Shown here: one piece after another, positions 63,040 to 64,000 of the stretch
Layout of the letters: each line of letters opens with the position of its first letter
How positions within the stretch are numbered: the stretch's first letter is position 1
DNA from: Anaeramoeba ignava BMAN
Lineage: Eukaryota > Protista > Anaeramoebae
Assembly: GCA_028826165.1 (NCBI GenBank)
Contig: JAPDFW010000094.1
Coordinates: forward strand, 200,611 to 264,610
DNA: 64,000 nucleotides
Direction of reading: 5' to 3'
Program-made: the position numbers and the translations under genes
The notes under the pieces: generated by a model
What the model was told of the DNA's origin: nothing
The model's database searches: none
Seen by the model: the letters and a program-made list of their open reading frames with translations, nothing else

Positions 63040-64000
63040 ATAAAATATTTAAATTCTAAAACATTAAATTATTATTTTAAACATAAAATTAAATAATAAA
63101 TTATATTTTTAAATTAATTTATAAATTAAATATTAAATTAAATTTATTCTTATTTTTTATATTTATTTATTAAAATATTTTCAATTTTTAATAATAAAAT
63201 ATTTAAATATAAAACATTAAATTATTATTTTAATAATAAAATTAAATATTAAATTATATTTTTAAATTAATTTATAAATTAAATATTAAATTAAATTTGT
63301 TCTTATTTTTTATATTTATTTATTAAAATATTTTCAATTTTTAAATAATAAAATATTTAAATATAAAACATTAAATTATTATTTTAAACATAAAATTAAA
63401 TATTAAATTATATTTTTAAATTAATTTATAAATTAAATATTAAATTAAATCTATTCTTATTTTTTATATTTATTTATTAAATTATTTTCAATTTTTAATT
63501 AATAAAATATTTAAATTCTAAAATAATAAATTATTATTTTAAACATAAAATTAAATATTAAATTATATTTTTAAATTAATTTATAAATTAAATATTAAAT
63601 TAAATTTATTCTTATTTTTTATATTTATTTATTAAATTATTTTCAAATAATAAAATATTTAAATTTCTAAAATAATAAATTATTATTTTAATAATAAAAT
63701 TAAATATTAAATTATATTTTTAAATTAATTTATAAATTAAATATTAAATTAAATCTATTCTCATTTTTTATGTTTATTTATTATGTTATTTTCAATTTTT
63801 AATAATAAAATATTTAAATATAAAACATTAAATTATTATTTTAATAAAATTAAATAATAAAATTATATTTTTAAATTAATTTATAAATTAAATATTAAAT
63901 TAAATTTATTCTTATTTTTATATTTATTTATTAAATTATTTTCAATTTTTGAATAAATAAAATATTTAAAATCTAAAATATTAAATTATTATTTTAAACA
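63040..64000. repeat. Minisatellite, ~150-155-bp unit, at least 6 copies, runs off the window
   Basis: The anchor ATTCTTATTTT recurs at about 63149, 63302, 63456, 63611, 63760, 63911. Confidence 0.9.

Noticed and set aside
1-64000. tRNA, rRNA, transposase, reverse transcriptase, alternative genetic code
   Set aside because: None recognisable. Genes end in TAA, TAG or TGA and read through with the standard code once introns are removed.

Overview
Very AT-rich, gene-dense eukaryotic (protist) genomic DNA. It has GT-AG spliceosomal introns, uses the standard genetic code, and many proteins carry (NQ)n or (NE)n tracts. The style (expanded RCC1/Kelch/Ank-BTB genes, TCATTT initiator-like motifs) resembles the metamonad Anaeramoeba; this is inference only. 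About 25 protein-coding genes can be reconstructed by hand: ADP-ribosylglycohydrolase, CCZ1, Sec61beta, two tandem RCC1-BTB genes, an ARHGAP39-like WW-MyTH4-RhoGAP, three small membrane-protein paralogues, two F-box/TMEM185-like membrane proteins, Kelch-BTB, a GSK3-like kinase, eIF2A, RNASEK/V-ATPase subunit f, a PIN-like transporter, ankyrin-BTB, PSMB4, a TALE homeobox, NSF, BTB-TLDc, GATAD1-like, a secreted non-specific endonuclease, a 4-TM protein and an FG-GAP/FN3 surface protein. Several of these are absent from the ORF track. Introns are either about 50-80 nt or expanded to 0.4-4 kb by simple repeats. Three intergenic minisatellites have 143-162 bp units. The standout observation is the ankyrin-BTB gene (35616-38936). 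Its introns hide twelve single-codon (3-nt) microexons and one 6-nt microexon, all phase 0, and most of them supply the variable beta-hairpin residues of the ankyrin repeats. This is a candidate combinatorial splicing system for diversifying a ubiquitin-ligase substrate receptor.
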